A stretch of 58,979 bases of DNA, the filler included, from Sphacelaria rigidula (Eukaryota), in assembly GCA_964200075.2 (NCBI GenBank). It is 9 parts of 9 records of this genome, joined end to end, with 100 filler letters (N's around TTAATTAATTAA, not from the genome) between each part and the next. Parts side by side here need not be neighbours in the genome. Positions count along the whole stretch, not along the records: positions 6,566 to 13,030 come from CAXNAA020019912.1; positions 13,131 to 19,595 come from CAXNAA020019913.1; positions 19,696 to 26,159 come from CAXNAA020019914.1; 6 more parts are not named here. One strand, given 5' to 3'. Of this stretch, positions 11,501 to 22,730 are shown in pieces; positions within the stretch are counted from its first letter, which is position 1, and each line of letters begins with the position of its first letter. Under the pieces are notes generated by a model. That model was not told where the DNA came from, made no database searches, and worked only from the letters and a program-made list of their open reading frames with translations. The position numbers were made by a program, and so were the translations under genes.

Positions 11501-12677
11501 GATGAAGCCTCTGATCGCAGATCGTTGGGTGCGAGTCCATGTTCGCACAATGAACGAAGATGTAGCGCCCAAATATTCAAGCGTGATGACCTACAGTAGT
11601 AGGAGATACATCAGGGGCTCTTTCTTCGGGAGTAATTAATATAGCCCCTACGGATGGTAGACCGAGCACACCGTGAATGGTATTCGGCGATTAGGCACCG
11701 ATTGTGATGACCATATTGCACCCCGATAATGATGAACACATTGTACCACACGACGTACGCTTGCGGATACTTCATAGTCAGCACGCTGCGAACAGGGGAC
11801 AAGTTAAATACGGGTAAAACGTAAGCATGGATATTTGCAGATGACTGGCGTTGCGTGAAACCCAGAGTGAGCATAGCCTAAGGCTGCCGCGACTCGGTGG
11901 TGTGACTGGTACACCGACGGCTTGTTAGGGCGGAAGGTTGCTTGATCGACCCCCGACATATGTTGCCTTTCTGGTCAGAATCTGGTTTCTGTCGTTGCAA
12001 GCAGGTCGGCCGTTTCTTTCTGTGCTTTGCTTGTATTGAATTTTTTATTACTTTGTTTTTTTGTCACGAGTTAGTCTGCTATGTCGTTCTGTTCGACCCC
12101 TCAAGTTTGTTTTTGTACCTTCTTTTTTCTCAGAGCGTGTTTCATTTTCATTTTTCTTGGGTACGTCTATCGTTAGACCACGGCTAGACCCCTGGGGTGT
12201 CAGTTAAAGTACAACAATCAATCAAAACGAATCAATCAAGCACGAGGATGTAAAACAGCAACATGAGTTCGACGAGAGTTGACTGGGTGCAGCAGTGCTG
12301 ATCCGACTCTTGATACTGAAAATGTCAGGAACTCTCCCGTGTCCTGAGAGTACGGATCCATTCCGAGGGATACGAGGTGGTAGAAGTATGACAAAAAGGA
12401 AATGAGATGATCAACGTCTTTGCAGGGGCCATCCCATGCACTACAGTCCGTGTGTTCACCGGCGGTCATCTCTCGTGGGGCAAGAATCACTCTCTCTGAA
12501 CAATAATGATTCCCCAACGTTTTTCCTTGCTATTGACGACACGGATGGCAGGGCCATGAGGAAGAAAGTGGAGACCTTTACGAGGAGGCACTCGCCATCA
12601 AGCGGAGTGTTCGGGGCGAAACCCACCCAGACGTGGCAATGGCTCTGAGCAACCTTGGAAACTACGTGCTCTCACGG
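7971..12677 (+). CDS. RelA/SpoT-like (small alarmone synthetase-type) nucleotidyltransferase domain fused to C-terminal TPR array; spliced gene, 3' incomplete: join(7971..8525,9229..9612,9899..10021,10360..10485,10793..10915,11146..11307,12552..12677), about 533 aa recovered
   Basis: All six introns are GT..AG and phase 0, and the joined frame is open. Motifs occur in RelA/SpoT synthetase order: GPVKNEKRAMLK, DYARTSV, NGYRDIKLIV, CEVQLH, HKIYE. These are followed by kinesin-light-chain-type TPRs (HPQYATDMNNLALVL; YADAISNLAVFL; LYEEALAIKRSVRGETHPDVAMALSNLG). Confidence 0.85.
9229..9612 (+). CDS. Exon 2: second half of RelA/SpoT-like domain
   Basis: Pyrimidine tract and ccAG at 9227-9228; donor GAG|GTATGG at 9613. 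Encodes VRNTF..NGYRDIKLIVEL..LCEVQLH..HKIYEWAR. Confidence 0.88.
9899..10021 (+). CDS. Exon 3: degenerate TPR-sized helical repeat (41 aa)
   Basis: ttccgcAG acceptor and CGG|GTGAGT donor; 123 nt, phase 0/0; MFDDAFDRVRDAVDAGETPEIHFVEGFLRAANELSLNCCVR. Confidence 0.75.
10360..10485 (+). CDS. Exon 4: TPR repeat (42 aa)
   Basis: ctgacAG acceptor and AAG|GTGAGG donor; 126 nt; GAYKKAEELAELAMSCTGAGFGEGYSALSTTYCNLASTEYMK. Confidence 0.82.
10793..10915 (+). CDS. Exon 5: TPR repeat (41 aa)
   Basis: aatAG acceptor and CTG|GTGAGC donor; 123 nt; GNLERARELAHKAVQLSSGVGSQHPQYATDMNNLALVLWKL. Confidence 0.82.
11146..11307 (+). CDS. Exon 6: TPR repeat with loop insertion (54 aa)
   Basis: ctccAG acceptor and GGG|GTGCGT donor; 162 nt; GEMDDAEAMLRTCARIQRRFG..YADAISNLAVFLRSKG. 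Confidence 0.78.
12552..12677 (+). CDS. Exon 7: canonical TPR repeat (42 aa); not in the supplied ORF track
   Basis: ggcAG acceptor (12550-12551) and CGG|GTAAAG donor; 126 nt; GHEEESGDLYEEALAIKRSVRGETHPDVAMALSNLGNYVLSR. Confidence 0.82.
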
Positions 12678-13030
12678 GTAAAGTAGAACCAGACGGTTCT
12701 ATAGTTGAGGAGATGAATCGTACAGGCATCAGTCGTGTCTTCGCAGAAGACCTGAAGACCTGAGGATCAGAAGAAGCGACGAGCCTCCATGATTTTACTG
12801 AGCGCTTCTGTAGCTCTAGACTAGAGAATACGCTATGATGGTTCTCCGACTGATTTGTCAACCCATCTCGGCGGGCGGGTGAACTGTGTAGCTTCGAGAG
12901 ATTTCATACACCTGAGTTGCAATGTACCTGTATATGTAGATTATATCCATCTGTGCTACGAGCTGGGCCAGCCCAGAAACGGATTTAACCTGGCATAGCA
13001 ATATCTCATCACCGGAAACGAATTGGGCCG

Positions 13031-13130
13031 NNNNNNNNNNNNNNNNNNNNNNNNNNNNNNNNNNNNNNNNNNNNTTAATTAATTAANNNNNNNNNNNNNN
13101 NNNNNNNNNNNNNNNNNNNNNNNNNNNNNN
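13031..13130. other. Artificial contig-joining spacer
   Basis: N44-TTAATTAATTAA-N44. Confidence 0.98.
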
Positions 13131-13796
13131 GTGCTCCGTCCCGGCTTTGCAGGGATGCGAGGTCAATGGTCTCATGACTACGGGATGCTATATCGTGATC
13201 ACCAACCACCAACCTCCGCAGGCAAAAAAAAAACGGAAAAAAGCGATACAAGTGAGAGATGTGAGATCGTTGTCTTACTTTGCTAGACGGATAGATGGAA
13301 GAGAGTTGTCCTACGCGATAACGTTCATCAACAGTTTTGCCGCCGCCCCTCGGTGGTCCAACGGTACATTCAACTGATGCCGGGTTTTGTCGGAATATAA
13401 CGTGGGGGTTCCGTACCCACTAGATGCGTTCAGTTTGAATTGTTTCTGCGAAGTACTTGATTTCCGTCGTTCAAAGCGTGAGGATATGAGTCAGCAAAAG
13501 GATATTAACATTCGTTTGAGGAGCGTTCGACGCGGTGCGGGAGTAGTACAAGTAGTGCCGGTTCAATCTGTGATACCAAAATGTGAGGGGTGTACCGGCG
13601 GAGGGATATGGGTTCAAGAGTCGGACAAAAATCATCGCGGGTTCGCGTCACCAAATCTACGATTGTCGAGACCTGATTGCTCGAAAGAGACAAGAACGTT
13701 GATCGCTTGTAAAAAAGAAGTCTCCAGGTAATTCTCGCGCTAATTCACGTACCTAGGGTGCAACACTGAAGACAAAGCTCAAGGATTGATTCGTAC

Positions 13797-14180
13797 AGTG
13801 TGTGTTGTGTGTGTATGTCGTCGTCAACTCTACTCTGGACGCATGATCACCTTTCGGTATATATGGACGCACCACTCGGGGTCACACAGGAGGAAGGTGA
13901 AGGACCAACACAATATTTATTTTTCCCATAAAAAAAAAAAAATGTTTCAGTTTCCTGCAACCCTCCTCCTGAGGTGCTTGCCTTATTTTTCATCGCCAGA
14001 GGGGTTCAGCAGCCTCTTTCCCTCGTCGACCGCCAAGTCCAATTTTGTTCACCCACGACATAAATAGCCGCTCTCCACTGTTGGGCATTGTGTGATGACA
14101 AAATCCCAGGTCGTGTGACTGCACCGAGATTCGAACCCACGACCCAACCGTCAGCAGGTTTTGAGGTTACCAACCGAATC
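13797..14180 (-). mobile_element. tRNA-derived SINE: tRNA-like head with B-box, conserved body, (CA)n tail
   Basis: The minus strand of 14110-14180 reads ..GGTTGGTAACC..GGGTTCGAATCTCGGTGCAG. The body (CCCTCGTCGACCG, GGGGTCACACAGGAGGAAGG) is shared with copies at ~37800-37905, 39195-39287 and 52516-52775, which end in CA-rich tails. Confidence 0.7.
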
Positions 14181-14884
14181 AATTACACTAAAATCAAGTG
14201 CTTTCCAGACGAACGTTCATCCGTTTCGACCCTTGGATGGGTTAATCCCTCGAGACCATGGATTTGTCCCGAGGAAGGGGAGGGTTTTTTGATTGGTGGG
14301 CTAACAGAAAAAAAAATAAAGAAAGGAGGGAAAAAAACGCGTCAAGATCGAGGTAAAAAAACAATCGTTTGGGGGTCGTCGTCTCACTCGAGTGCTTCGC
14401 GGGGAACTTGCAACTTGCATGTAGGTCCCAGCCGCTTCACCTCCTTCAAGTTCCGGATGTACTCGTTTCTGCGAGAATAGAAAAAAGGCGGGAGCCAGAG
14501 AAGGATCGAGGACGAAGCAAAAAGGCGGCGGCACGAAGTCATGATCAGTGCACATCCAGCATATGCTCTTTATCCTTACTGATTTTTGTTTGCACTACTG
14601 CTGTACAATGTGATTCTGCATGACTGGCGGTTGACACTCAAGAGAGCGGCGGCGCGCACTTTGCGGCGAGTGGGAATGGGGAAAGGAAGAAGAAAAACAT
14701 CTCGTGTATCGTAGAGTGAGCTCGGCTACGGGTTACAGGCCGTCTACGGCTCGAGGCATCGTTTTTTTTTTTTGAGACCTTAGTGGATGTTATCTCGCCA
14801 TTCGGTTCATCTCTGCTTCGCACTCTCGAACGGCGCAGGCTCACACGTGCACACTGGCTATTCTCTTTTCCAGTAGATATTGCA

Positions 14885-15315
14885 AAACTGTCGGGTACCG
14901 GTTTGAAAGTCTAACATAATTCACGGAACTTGTCGGGTACGGTATGGCAGGCTCACAGAAAAAAAACGTACTGGCAATCGGGTATTTCTTCAAGAGCATA
15001 CCCGCGCTCCGGGTACGGGTGAACATTCTGTACAGAACTCACAGAACTGTCGGGCAAGGGTATCGGAGGCTCACAGAACTCACAGAAACTGTCGGGTTGG
15101 GTATAGAGGTTGCACAGAAAACCGTACCCGCAACCGGGTATGTTATCAAGAGCATACCCGCCCCCCCGGTAACGGTAAGGGGGGCTTACAGGACTCACAG
15201 AATTATCGGGTAAGACTATATAAAAGTCTTACAGAGTTTACAGAACTGTAAGGTACGGTGAATATCTGGGAAAATACCCCAGGTATACAAAAACTGTACC
15301 CTACGAAACACGACC
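14885..15315. mobile_element. Subterminal-repeat-rich DNA transposon end (ACAGAACTCACAGAA motifs), copy 1
   Basis: About 400 bp is directly repeated, with divergence, at 16054-16444. It contains many internal ACAGAA(CT)/GGGTA motifs. Confidence 0.7.
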
Positions 15316-16053
15316 ATGATATTGTCATCACCCCTGCGGTGGGACCTACGTCGCTACAGTGGCGAACTACTATGACAGTTCACGAAAACTCTGAACGGTT
15401 TCACGGGGTTGATGGAGAAATACTACACGGACACTCGCCGTAGAACTTGTGCACGGGATCGTCAACATCTACCGGCTTCACATACGCTCCCAGGGAGTAC
15501 ATGAGGGAGCTTTCACGGCTGCTCGATATCTGGAAGTTCTTCGGAGCGACAAAATCGTCGACGGCCTTGACGACTTCCGGTGGCAGCTCATACTCTTTGC
15601 TGTGCATGTCGATAATGGCCTGGGTTTTGATAGCCACGACACAACCGCCATCAACGTCGATGACGTGCGTCTTGCTACTTAACCCCCTGGTGGCGCCGAT
15701 GAACCGCCCCAGCTCGAGCCACCACTCGAGTCTGGGGATGATCCATCCCGACGGTCTGCAGTGCTGCTCATGTTTTGTGTTTCTACCCAGCAGTACCTCG
15801 TCTCCCGTCAGATTCCAAACTAAAGAACTTTCCAGCATTGAAGTTTTGGTGGCGTGCAGTGTTGAATGAAGGAGTAGGGTGGGTTGATCGATAGGAGGTA
15901 CGTGTTCAGGTCATAAGGTTGTGATGGGATTGAACCTATATCCATACCTGCCCAAGATATATACCTGTGCTCGCACCTGCGATCGGGTGTATCTACAACG
16001 GTATACCCTAACCCCGGGTAGGGGCATGAGACGCTTGCAGAGCTGACATAGCT

Positions 16054-16444
16054 ATCGGGTACCGGTACTGGATGAAAGTCCTACAGAAAAAACCTTACCG
16101 GCAATCGGGTATTTCTTCACGAGCACACCCGCGCTCCGGGTACGGATGAACATTTTGTACAGAACTCACAGAACTGTTGGATGAGGGTATCGGAGGCTTA
16201 CAGAACTCACAGAAACTGTCGGGTAGGGTATGGAGGTTGCACAAAAAACCGTACCCGCAACCGCGTATCTTATCAAGAGCGTACTTGCCCCCCCCGGTAA
16301 CGGTACGGGAGGCTTACAGGACTCACAGAACTATGGGATAAAGGTATGAAAGTCTCACAGAGTTTACAAAACTGTCCGGTACGGTAAATACCCGGGCATA
16401 TTCCCCGGGTATGACGAAAACCATACCCGACAGAACACAACGTT
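16054..16444. mobile_element. Subterminal-repeat-rich DNA transposon end, copy 2
   Basis: Diverged direct copy of 14885-15315, ending AACACAACGTTG. Confidence 0.7.
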
Positions 16445-16692
16445 GCAACATAACCCTTTAGCCCAAGATAATGGATTTTTGAACGTTGGGACAGGGAGCC
16501 GCTAGGTGACCGAACGAAGCTGTAATTTCACCCCCACGCCGTTTCTTTTTTGGACAGTTTCATGCGCTCCGCGAGTGAATTAAACCAAAAATTAAGTACG
16601 TGACCTAGAGCATGAGTTTTAGTCGGTAACCCCGGCGCTCTGGCTGAGCGGTTCCTTTCTGTGCTATATCACCATTCCCGACTACACCATGC

Positions 16693-17116
16693 AACAGTGG
16701 ATTCTCAACAATGGAGTTGAAAAACAAAATGAGGTTCGACTCAAAAGTCGTGCTTTCCCTGGCCTAAATTCATGACAAATGACTTTCATATGAACGACCC
16801 CATCCTTCCTGATCTCCCTAAACTATTTCGGGGGATTTCTAGCCTTCCGTTCCCCCAAAAGGGTATGTGCGAAAGCACACTTTTGCCTCGATTTTAGGGG
16901 TGAAAAAATGACGCTTTTTGGCCCAAAAATCGTGCTTGCGCAGATACCCTGAAGGGGAACGGAAGGCTAGAAATCCCCCGAAACAATTTTAACAGGTCGT
17001 GAGGGATGAGGTCGTCCATATGAAATTCATTTGTCATGAATGTAGGTAAGGGAAAGCACGCCTTTTGAGTTGAATTTCATTTATTTTTTCAACCCCATTT
17101 TCGAGAATCCACTGTT
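16693..17116. mobile_element. Foldback/MITE element with ~190-bp imperfect inverted arms
   Basis: AACAGTGGATTCTC..GGGGATTTCTAGCCTTCCGTTCCCC pairs with GGGGAACGGAAGGCTAGAAATCCCC..GAGAATCCACTGTT. A solo arm occurs at ~22195-22297. Confidence 0.85.
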
Positions 17117-18449
17117 ATACCATGTATTCCGTGGCCCCCGACCTGGGATGTAGATACGAGCTGGGCCAGCTTAAGAGCGACCAAAGGTTGCTCACACCAC
17201 AGCTTTCCCAGTTTCCCGAATGAAACCGATGTAAGCATATCACTCTGAAGTGTAGACCAACCTGGTGACACACGGCACCGCCGTTGGATGAAAAAAGAAG
17301 AAGAAAATGTACAGCATAATGTATGACCTTAACGACGGACGAAAAAAAAAGAGAACATGTCGAGAAACGAACTCATGACCCACATGATGTGAGTCTCCCA
17401 TCACTTTATTCAAAGGGGTGCAGCAGCGTCACGGAAAATGTTGAACTCACGGCCCAATTCGACGACTCTTGAGCTGAAATTTCAGGTAGACCTTTTGTAC
17501 CCAAGGAATTGATACTTCACGTGAGCAGCTGCAGATTCTCCTTTTTTTCCTGGACTTGACATTATCTTGTTTTTGCTGAAATTTGAAATGCACATCCCCC
17601 CCGCCCCCCCTTTTATCTTTGCTGCTGACTTGATCTTCTACATTTCGATTAAAAAAAGCTGCTGTCAAAATTTCAGCGTCCAGCTCCTAATATCGCGCCG
17701 TGCGCCGCCTGAGCGAAATTCACACCTACTCTTGGCTTGCCCAGCTCGTAAATATAATTGTAATTGTTTGATCAACAGGCTCGATTCTGTGTTCGGGAAC
17801 AACTGTTTTTGAACGGGTGATTCATAATCCCCCCCCTCCTCCCCAAGCTGGGTTGGGGGCGAGAGTGCATCATGTGACAAAAATTGAAAGCGAATGCAAA
17901 AATCAGCTGTTCTCGATATCATGCGAAGTGTCCACGTAGGGTCTGTCTGAGAGGGATGCCGCCCGAGTGGAAACCGTAATTGAGGACGGCACGTCTTTGG
18001 TGCTGCCTTGTTAAACCCGGTCTTTCCCACAACCATTTCGGCTACCATATCACCAGAACGATAATTGGCATCACTGAATAGTGTAAGGGTTTGATTTTTT
18101 TGAAGAGAGTGAGGTCACCAAAAGAATCACCCGAGAGAGAGGGGTGCTGGGTGCCGAGGAGAGGGCGAGGGTGTTATTCCCCGTCATCTGCGGTGAAATC
18201 TACATCAAAACTAAGTATATATTTTGTACACGGACCACCTTGAAGGTGTTTTCCGCTACAACACCATACAGCGTAGCGCGGTAATAAACAGTACAGTTCA
18301 GTGCGGTGCAGTAAAAGAGCAGGGTCTACCCGGAGCGGGCTGAAGTAAACAGTACGCACAGTATACACAGTGCAATGAATGAAACAGTTGTAGCGACGGT
18401 CTGCGACATGTATTGTACGGTGCTGCTGTAGATCACCGCCACGACTCAC

Positions 18450-18583
18450 ACTTTCGTGAAAAAGGTCTCTGCGGTATCCTCTTCGAAATTGTCGATCATA
18501 TTCTCCATGTCGTTCAGGTCCATCACCACGCTTTGCAAGCTCTGCAGAAGTTCGGTGTAGTCTCCATCATCGGAAAACTCCAT
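18450..18583 (-). CDS. Possible first coding exon of an unknown acidic protein (MEFSDDGDYTELLQSLQSVVMDLNDMENMIDNFEEDTAETFFTK)
   Basis: ATG-initiated, protein-like composition, followed by a GTGAGT donor. No downstream exons were identified. Confidence 0.35.
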
Positions 18584-19595
18584 TGTATGTGCATCCAGCA
18601 CACAGCACAGCACGACGTGCCGTCTCCACTGTTGTATACAAGTTGTATATGTGTCGTACTGTGATGTCTTTCTCGTTGTGTACATTAGATAATATTAAAG
18701 CTTCTCTCACCCGCGGTCATATGGGCGTAGTTGTCTGTGGATACCACGTAGGTTTATTTATTCATTTGTCGTGTCATTCTCTTTTTATTTGCTTGAAACC
18801 AAAGACAAGGATAAGCGGTACTCGTAGCAGATTGTCGGTTGTGTTCGTTTCGTGAATATATAGCAGCAGTAGTAAGTATGGGTAGAGTAGTGGCGAGATT
18901 GATAATGAATAATATGGCCATGTGTTAATATGCTATAATGGGGTTAGCCACCGTGTATACGGGCCTTGGACGGGTTGAACAAAAATGCATACCTTGAGCG
19001 CAGATGCTATCCCCGCGTGCCGTTCGGCTTTCGCATTATGATCTTCTCAGAGAAGGAAAGCAAATTGATATTGACTGAGCTGATCAATCATAAAAATAAG
19101 TAGAAATGCCATCAACGAACGACAGACAATTGCTTTTTGTCATCATGGTTGTTAACACGTGGTTTTACGAACTGGGGATGGATTTTTCTTGGGGATGAGA
19201 ACCCGGAGGATTGAAATCTTCGTATCCACACCAAATCTTCGAAGTATGGTTCCATTTCTCCACTTGCTGGTAGCTATTGACAACTACTACACGTCATACA
19301 AATTTGGATTTCGATACCCAAAGTGTTGGGGTCCTGTCATGAAGACGCATATTAGTCTGTTGATGCCGCTTCAGACCCGTTGTCGACTCTGGCTATGGCT
19401 TGCTTTTGTTTCGGTAGACAAGGTTGCAGGTCGGTTCACAGTTGGTCGGGTACGAATGTGAACCTGTGTAGTCACAGGGATGATATCGGATTTGGTCGCT
19501 CTCCCCACGACCAAAGCCCGCCCATCCTTCGCACTACCAACTGCTCCCCTTCTACTAGCCAGCAAAAGGAAGTCTAACCATGGGTGAGAGATATT

Positions 19596-19695
19596 NNNNN
19601 NNNNNNNNNNNNNNNNNNNNNNNNNNNNNNNNNNNNNNNTTAATTAATTAANNNNNNNNNNNNNNNNNNNNNNNNNNNNNNNNNNNNNNNNNNNN
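19596..19695. other. Artificial contig-joining spacer
   Basis: N44-TTAATTAATTAA-N44. Confidence 0.98.
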
Positions 19696-20545
19696 AACGA
19701 CGATTTGTCTCGGAATTTCGAGCAACAAATGGCCCAAAATACCCCCCCCCTATCGTAGGATGACTCTGCCGCGGCCGCAAAGTGATGGTGCTGCACTGGT
19801 TGTGGTTGTACAACAAGGCGTGTCATACTGTAGGCGCGCAGTGTCTGAGATGGCGCGCAGACGAGACCTCCAGCGCGCCAAGGCGTCGCACTTGTAGAAA
19901 ACGCCAAAGTTCCGGCTCAGGTTGTTGTACTCTAAAAGCAAGTGAACCGGCTCTCGGCAGAGAAACGCGATTTCACTGCTTAATTTGAACTTGTTTCCCA
20001 TGCAACTTTGACACGGTATACATGGGGTATATTGTGTGAAGCCCGTACCGTTTCCCCCCCCCCCCCCCCTCCTTTTTTTTCCCTCGTATGCTATTGGTGA
20101 TCTAAATTTCGGGACAGTTTTTTTGGTGCATAAGCCTCGACAACTCATTCAAAAAAATGTCAAGGGGGGACAATAGGGACTTCAAGACATGCCTCACGCG
20201 CATCGTGTCGAAATGCCGTGAAAAAATATTTGAAATTCAACAGCATAACCGCGTTTCATTTTTTCGTGGCTGGTCCATCTCTACATAGGAACCAGTCTGG
20301 GACACGAACAAGCGATTCAGCAGCTGAGTTTCAGGTCGTTTTCAATGAAATTTTGACACGATGTAAATGATGTATGTGCGAAGACGCCACCTCTTCCATC
20401 TACATTTTGTTTATTTCCTCGGTGAGTTATCGGCGACCAAACATTTCAGAGCAGTAATATTCGGTACTAAGTCGTGAATAACTTCAAAAAATGGGGAAAA
20501 TATGCTGTTTTTCACTGCCCGCGCTAACGCTTTTCGGGTTTACAG

Positions 20546-21138
20546 GTACCACGCCCCAAGGAACGAAGACGCTGAAGTTGATCGCGGAGTGTGGACAGAA
20601 GGTGGTCTCCACGATGCGTTCCAACTCGCGAGAAAACATGACGTTGGTGACGACAATCAACGCCGCGGGCGACGTCATCTTTCCGCTCATCATCTTCAAG
20701 GGGCAGCATGTGCAAGCGGCGTGGATGGACGAAAGTAAAGGGCCTGCAAACGCGAGATATGCCGCCACAGAATCTTCCTTCATGCAGGGCTCTGTGTTCA
20801 TCGAATACCTCAAGAACTTTCACAAGCAGGTTGACGAGCGTGGCTTGCTCGACGGCAATCCGCACGTGCTCGTGGTCGACAGCCACGCCTCGCACGTCAC
20901 CTTCGACGTCATCAAGTTGACGAGGACACTCAACATCGTCCTCTTCCCGCTACCGTCCCACACGTCCCACATCACCCAGCTCTCGGACGTTGCAGCTTTC
21001 GGGTCCTTCAAGCAGAAAATGACCGAGGTCCTCACACGCTTCCCTATGGAGCACAGAAGGAGAACACCTTTGAAGAGCGACATGGTAGGCATCATCGGTG
21101 ATGCTTTCCGACGTAGTCCTCCAGTGTTCAGCAGGTGA
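20546..21138 (+). mobile_element. pogo/Fot1-type (Tc1-mariner superfamily) DDE_1 transposase fragment, degenerate
   Basis: TLVTTINAAG..PLIIFKG, LVVDSHASH and LPSHTSHITQLSDVAAFGSFK match the DDE_1 consensus LxxDGHxSH and LPxHTSHxxQPLDxxxFxxLK. No HTH region is present. Confidence 0.9.
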
Positions 21139-22583
21139 GCGGGTACTGGTCGAAAGGAGAAAAAACGTGCAGCGCTCCCATCAGCCAGTAAACGCTTTCT
21201 TGGGGTTATTTTTCGTGGGTCAGCTCTTTGCGAGTCCTACACTACCCAAGATTGGTGTAACCAATCAGGGGTGCCTATGCGCCGTTACTATCTGAAAATA
21301 GTCATTCTATTTTCTGTAGTTTCTGTTCTCCAGTCTAACTGAGATCCCGGGAAGACATGGCACATGCGAAAGCAATCACAATGATCTGAAAGGGGGTGAG
21401 AGATTTTTTTCCCCAAGCGATGAGGCTTTTTCCTGAATACCGGGTTTTGCCCATCCTTCCGATTTCATGACGAGTTTTCCCCGCGGTTGATCTAAGCCCC
21501 GAAATTCTGCGGTTTTCTCGTCGTTGACGTGATATCAGGCTGATGGCGTACAGACTTGAGGGAATTACCCCCGGAGTATATTGAGCTGTGCCTTTCCTCA
21601 CCTTCCACTAGCAGCGTGCACAAAGCAAGGGAGGGGGGTGTTACGGCGGGCATAGGTTGTACATGTAGTAGGCGTTTCGAAGCACGCGTGGCATGTGCAA
21701 TAGATCGCATTCTATTCGCATATTAGTGTTCTGTTCCAGTTGTGTTGCGCACCCGGTTTGTCACAACTTCCAGCTACCTAGCAACTAACTGTCGTTTAGC
21801 TACCTAGCAGCGCCTAATAACAAAATTAAAGCTATCAGCCACCACTTGAAGACACCTCGCTTGCAAGCAAATCTCGCTTGCAAGCAAGTCAAGAGCATTT
21901 CCCTGCACGTGAAAGCGAGCCTATGTTTCGCCTTATGATGCAGTGCTGGTTTGGACTTAATGGTCTAGAAGTCACGAGTTGGACTGTTTCTCCACTGGGC
22001 TGCAACTGTCACCTCAGTCAGCTGATTGAACATCGCAACCCCCGACTGCGTACTTGTTCCTTGAGAGTGATGCCCGTACCACCTCGTGGCCAGACCACAA
22101 CAAAAACGCTACACAAAATGCTGGTAGAGGAACCAGGGTTTGCAAATGCCAAACAGGGGTTCTCACAAAGACTGTGAAAACCCTGTGCAGCACGTCGCCC
22201 ATATGAAAGTCATGTGTCATGACTTGAGGTCAGGGAAGGCGCTTCTTTTGAGTTGAACCTCATTTTTCGTTCAACCTCAGTTTTGAGAATCCGGTGTTGT
22301 CAGTCGACGCGGTCCGGGCGTGCTGATAATCATGATCAAATCCACGACAATGTCTTCGTGAGATCGAGAGTAGAGGATACGATTGACAGTGTTAAACAGT
22401 CAACTAGTGAATGAATCGTTTCGGTTCCGAAATGCCCCTACACGAGGCCCAATATGATTTCTATTGTAGCTTGTCACTGAGGCCCTTAATATCCCTGAGT
22501 AGGATATCGACGTGTAGCTGTAAGCACCCGCCAATGATGGAGTAGGCAAAGAAAAGCACACGCAGAATGAGAAATTGGCTAGG

Positions 22584-22730
22584 TTAACCCTTTGGGAACG
22601 CAAGTGCTGATTCTTGTTCTGTGATTCTTTGTGAATCGGCATCATTTTGACTCGAAAATGACTGAAGATGATGCCGATTCACCAAAACAAAAATCAGCAC
22701 TCCCTGGGGGTCTAGTTCCCAAAGGGTTCA
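22584..22730. mobile_element. Palindromic piggyBac-type MITE
   Basis: TTAACCCTTTGGGAAC..GTTCCCAAAGGGTTCA ends, with an internal hairpin GTGAATCGGCATCAT..ATGATGCCGATTCAC. Confidence 0.7.

Noticed and set aside
14110..14180. Functional tRNA gene
   Set aside because: The cloverleaf is not convincingly intact, and it is attached to a repeated SINE body.
14885..16444. LTR pair of a TRIM-like retroelement
   Set aside because: No TG..CA termini, PBS or PPT. The internally repetitive structure fits DNA-transposon subterminal regions better.
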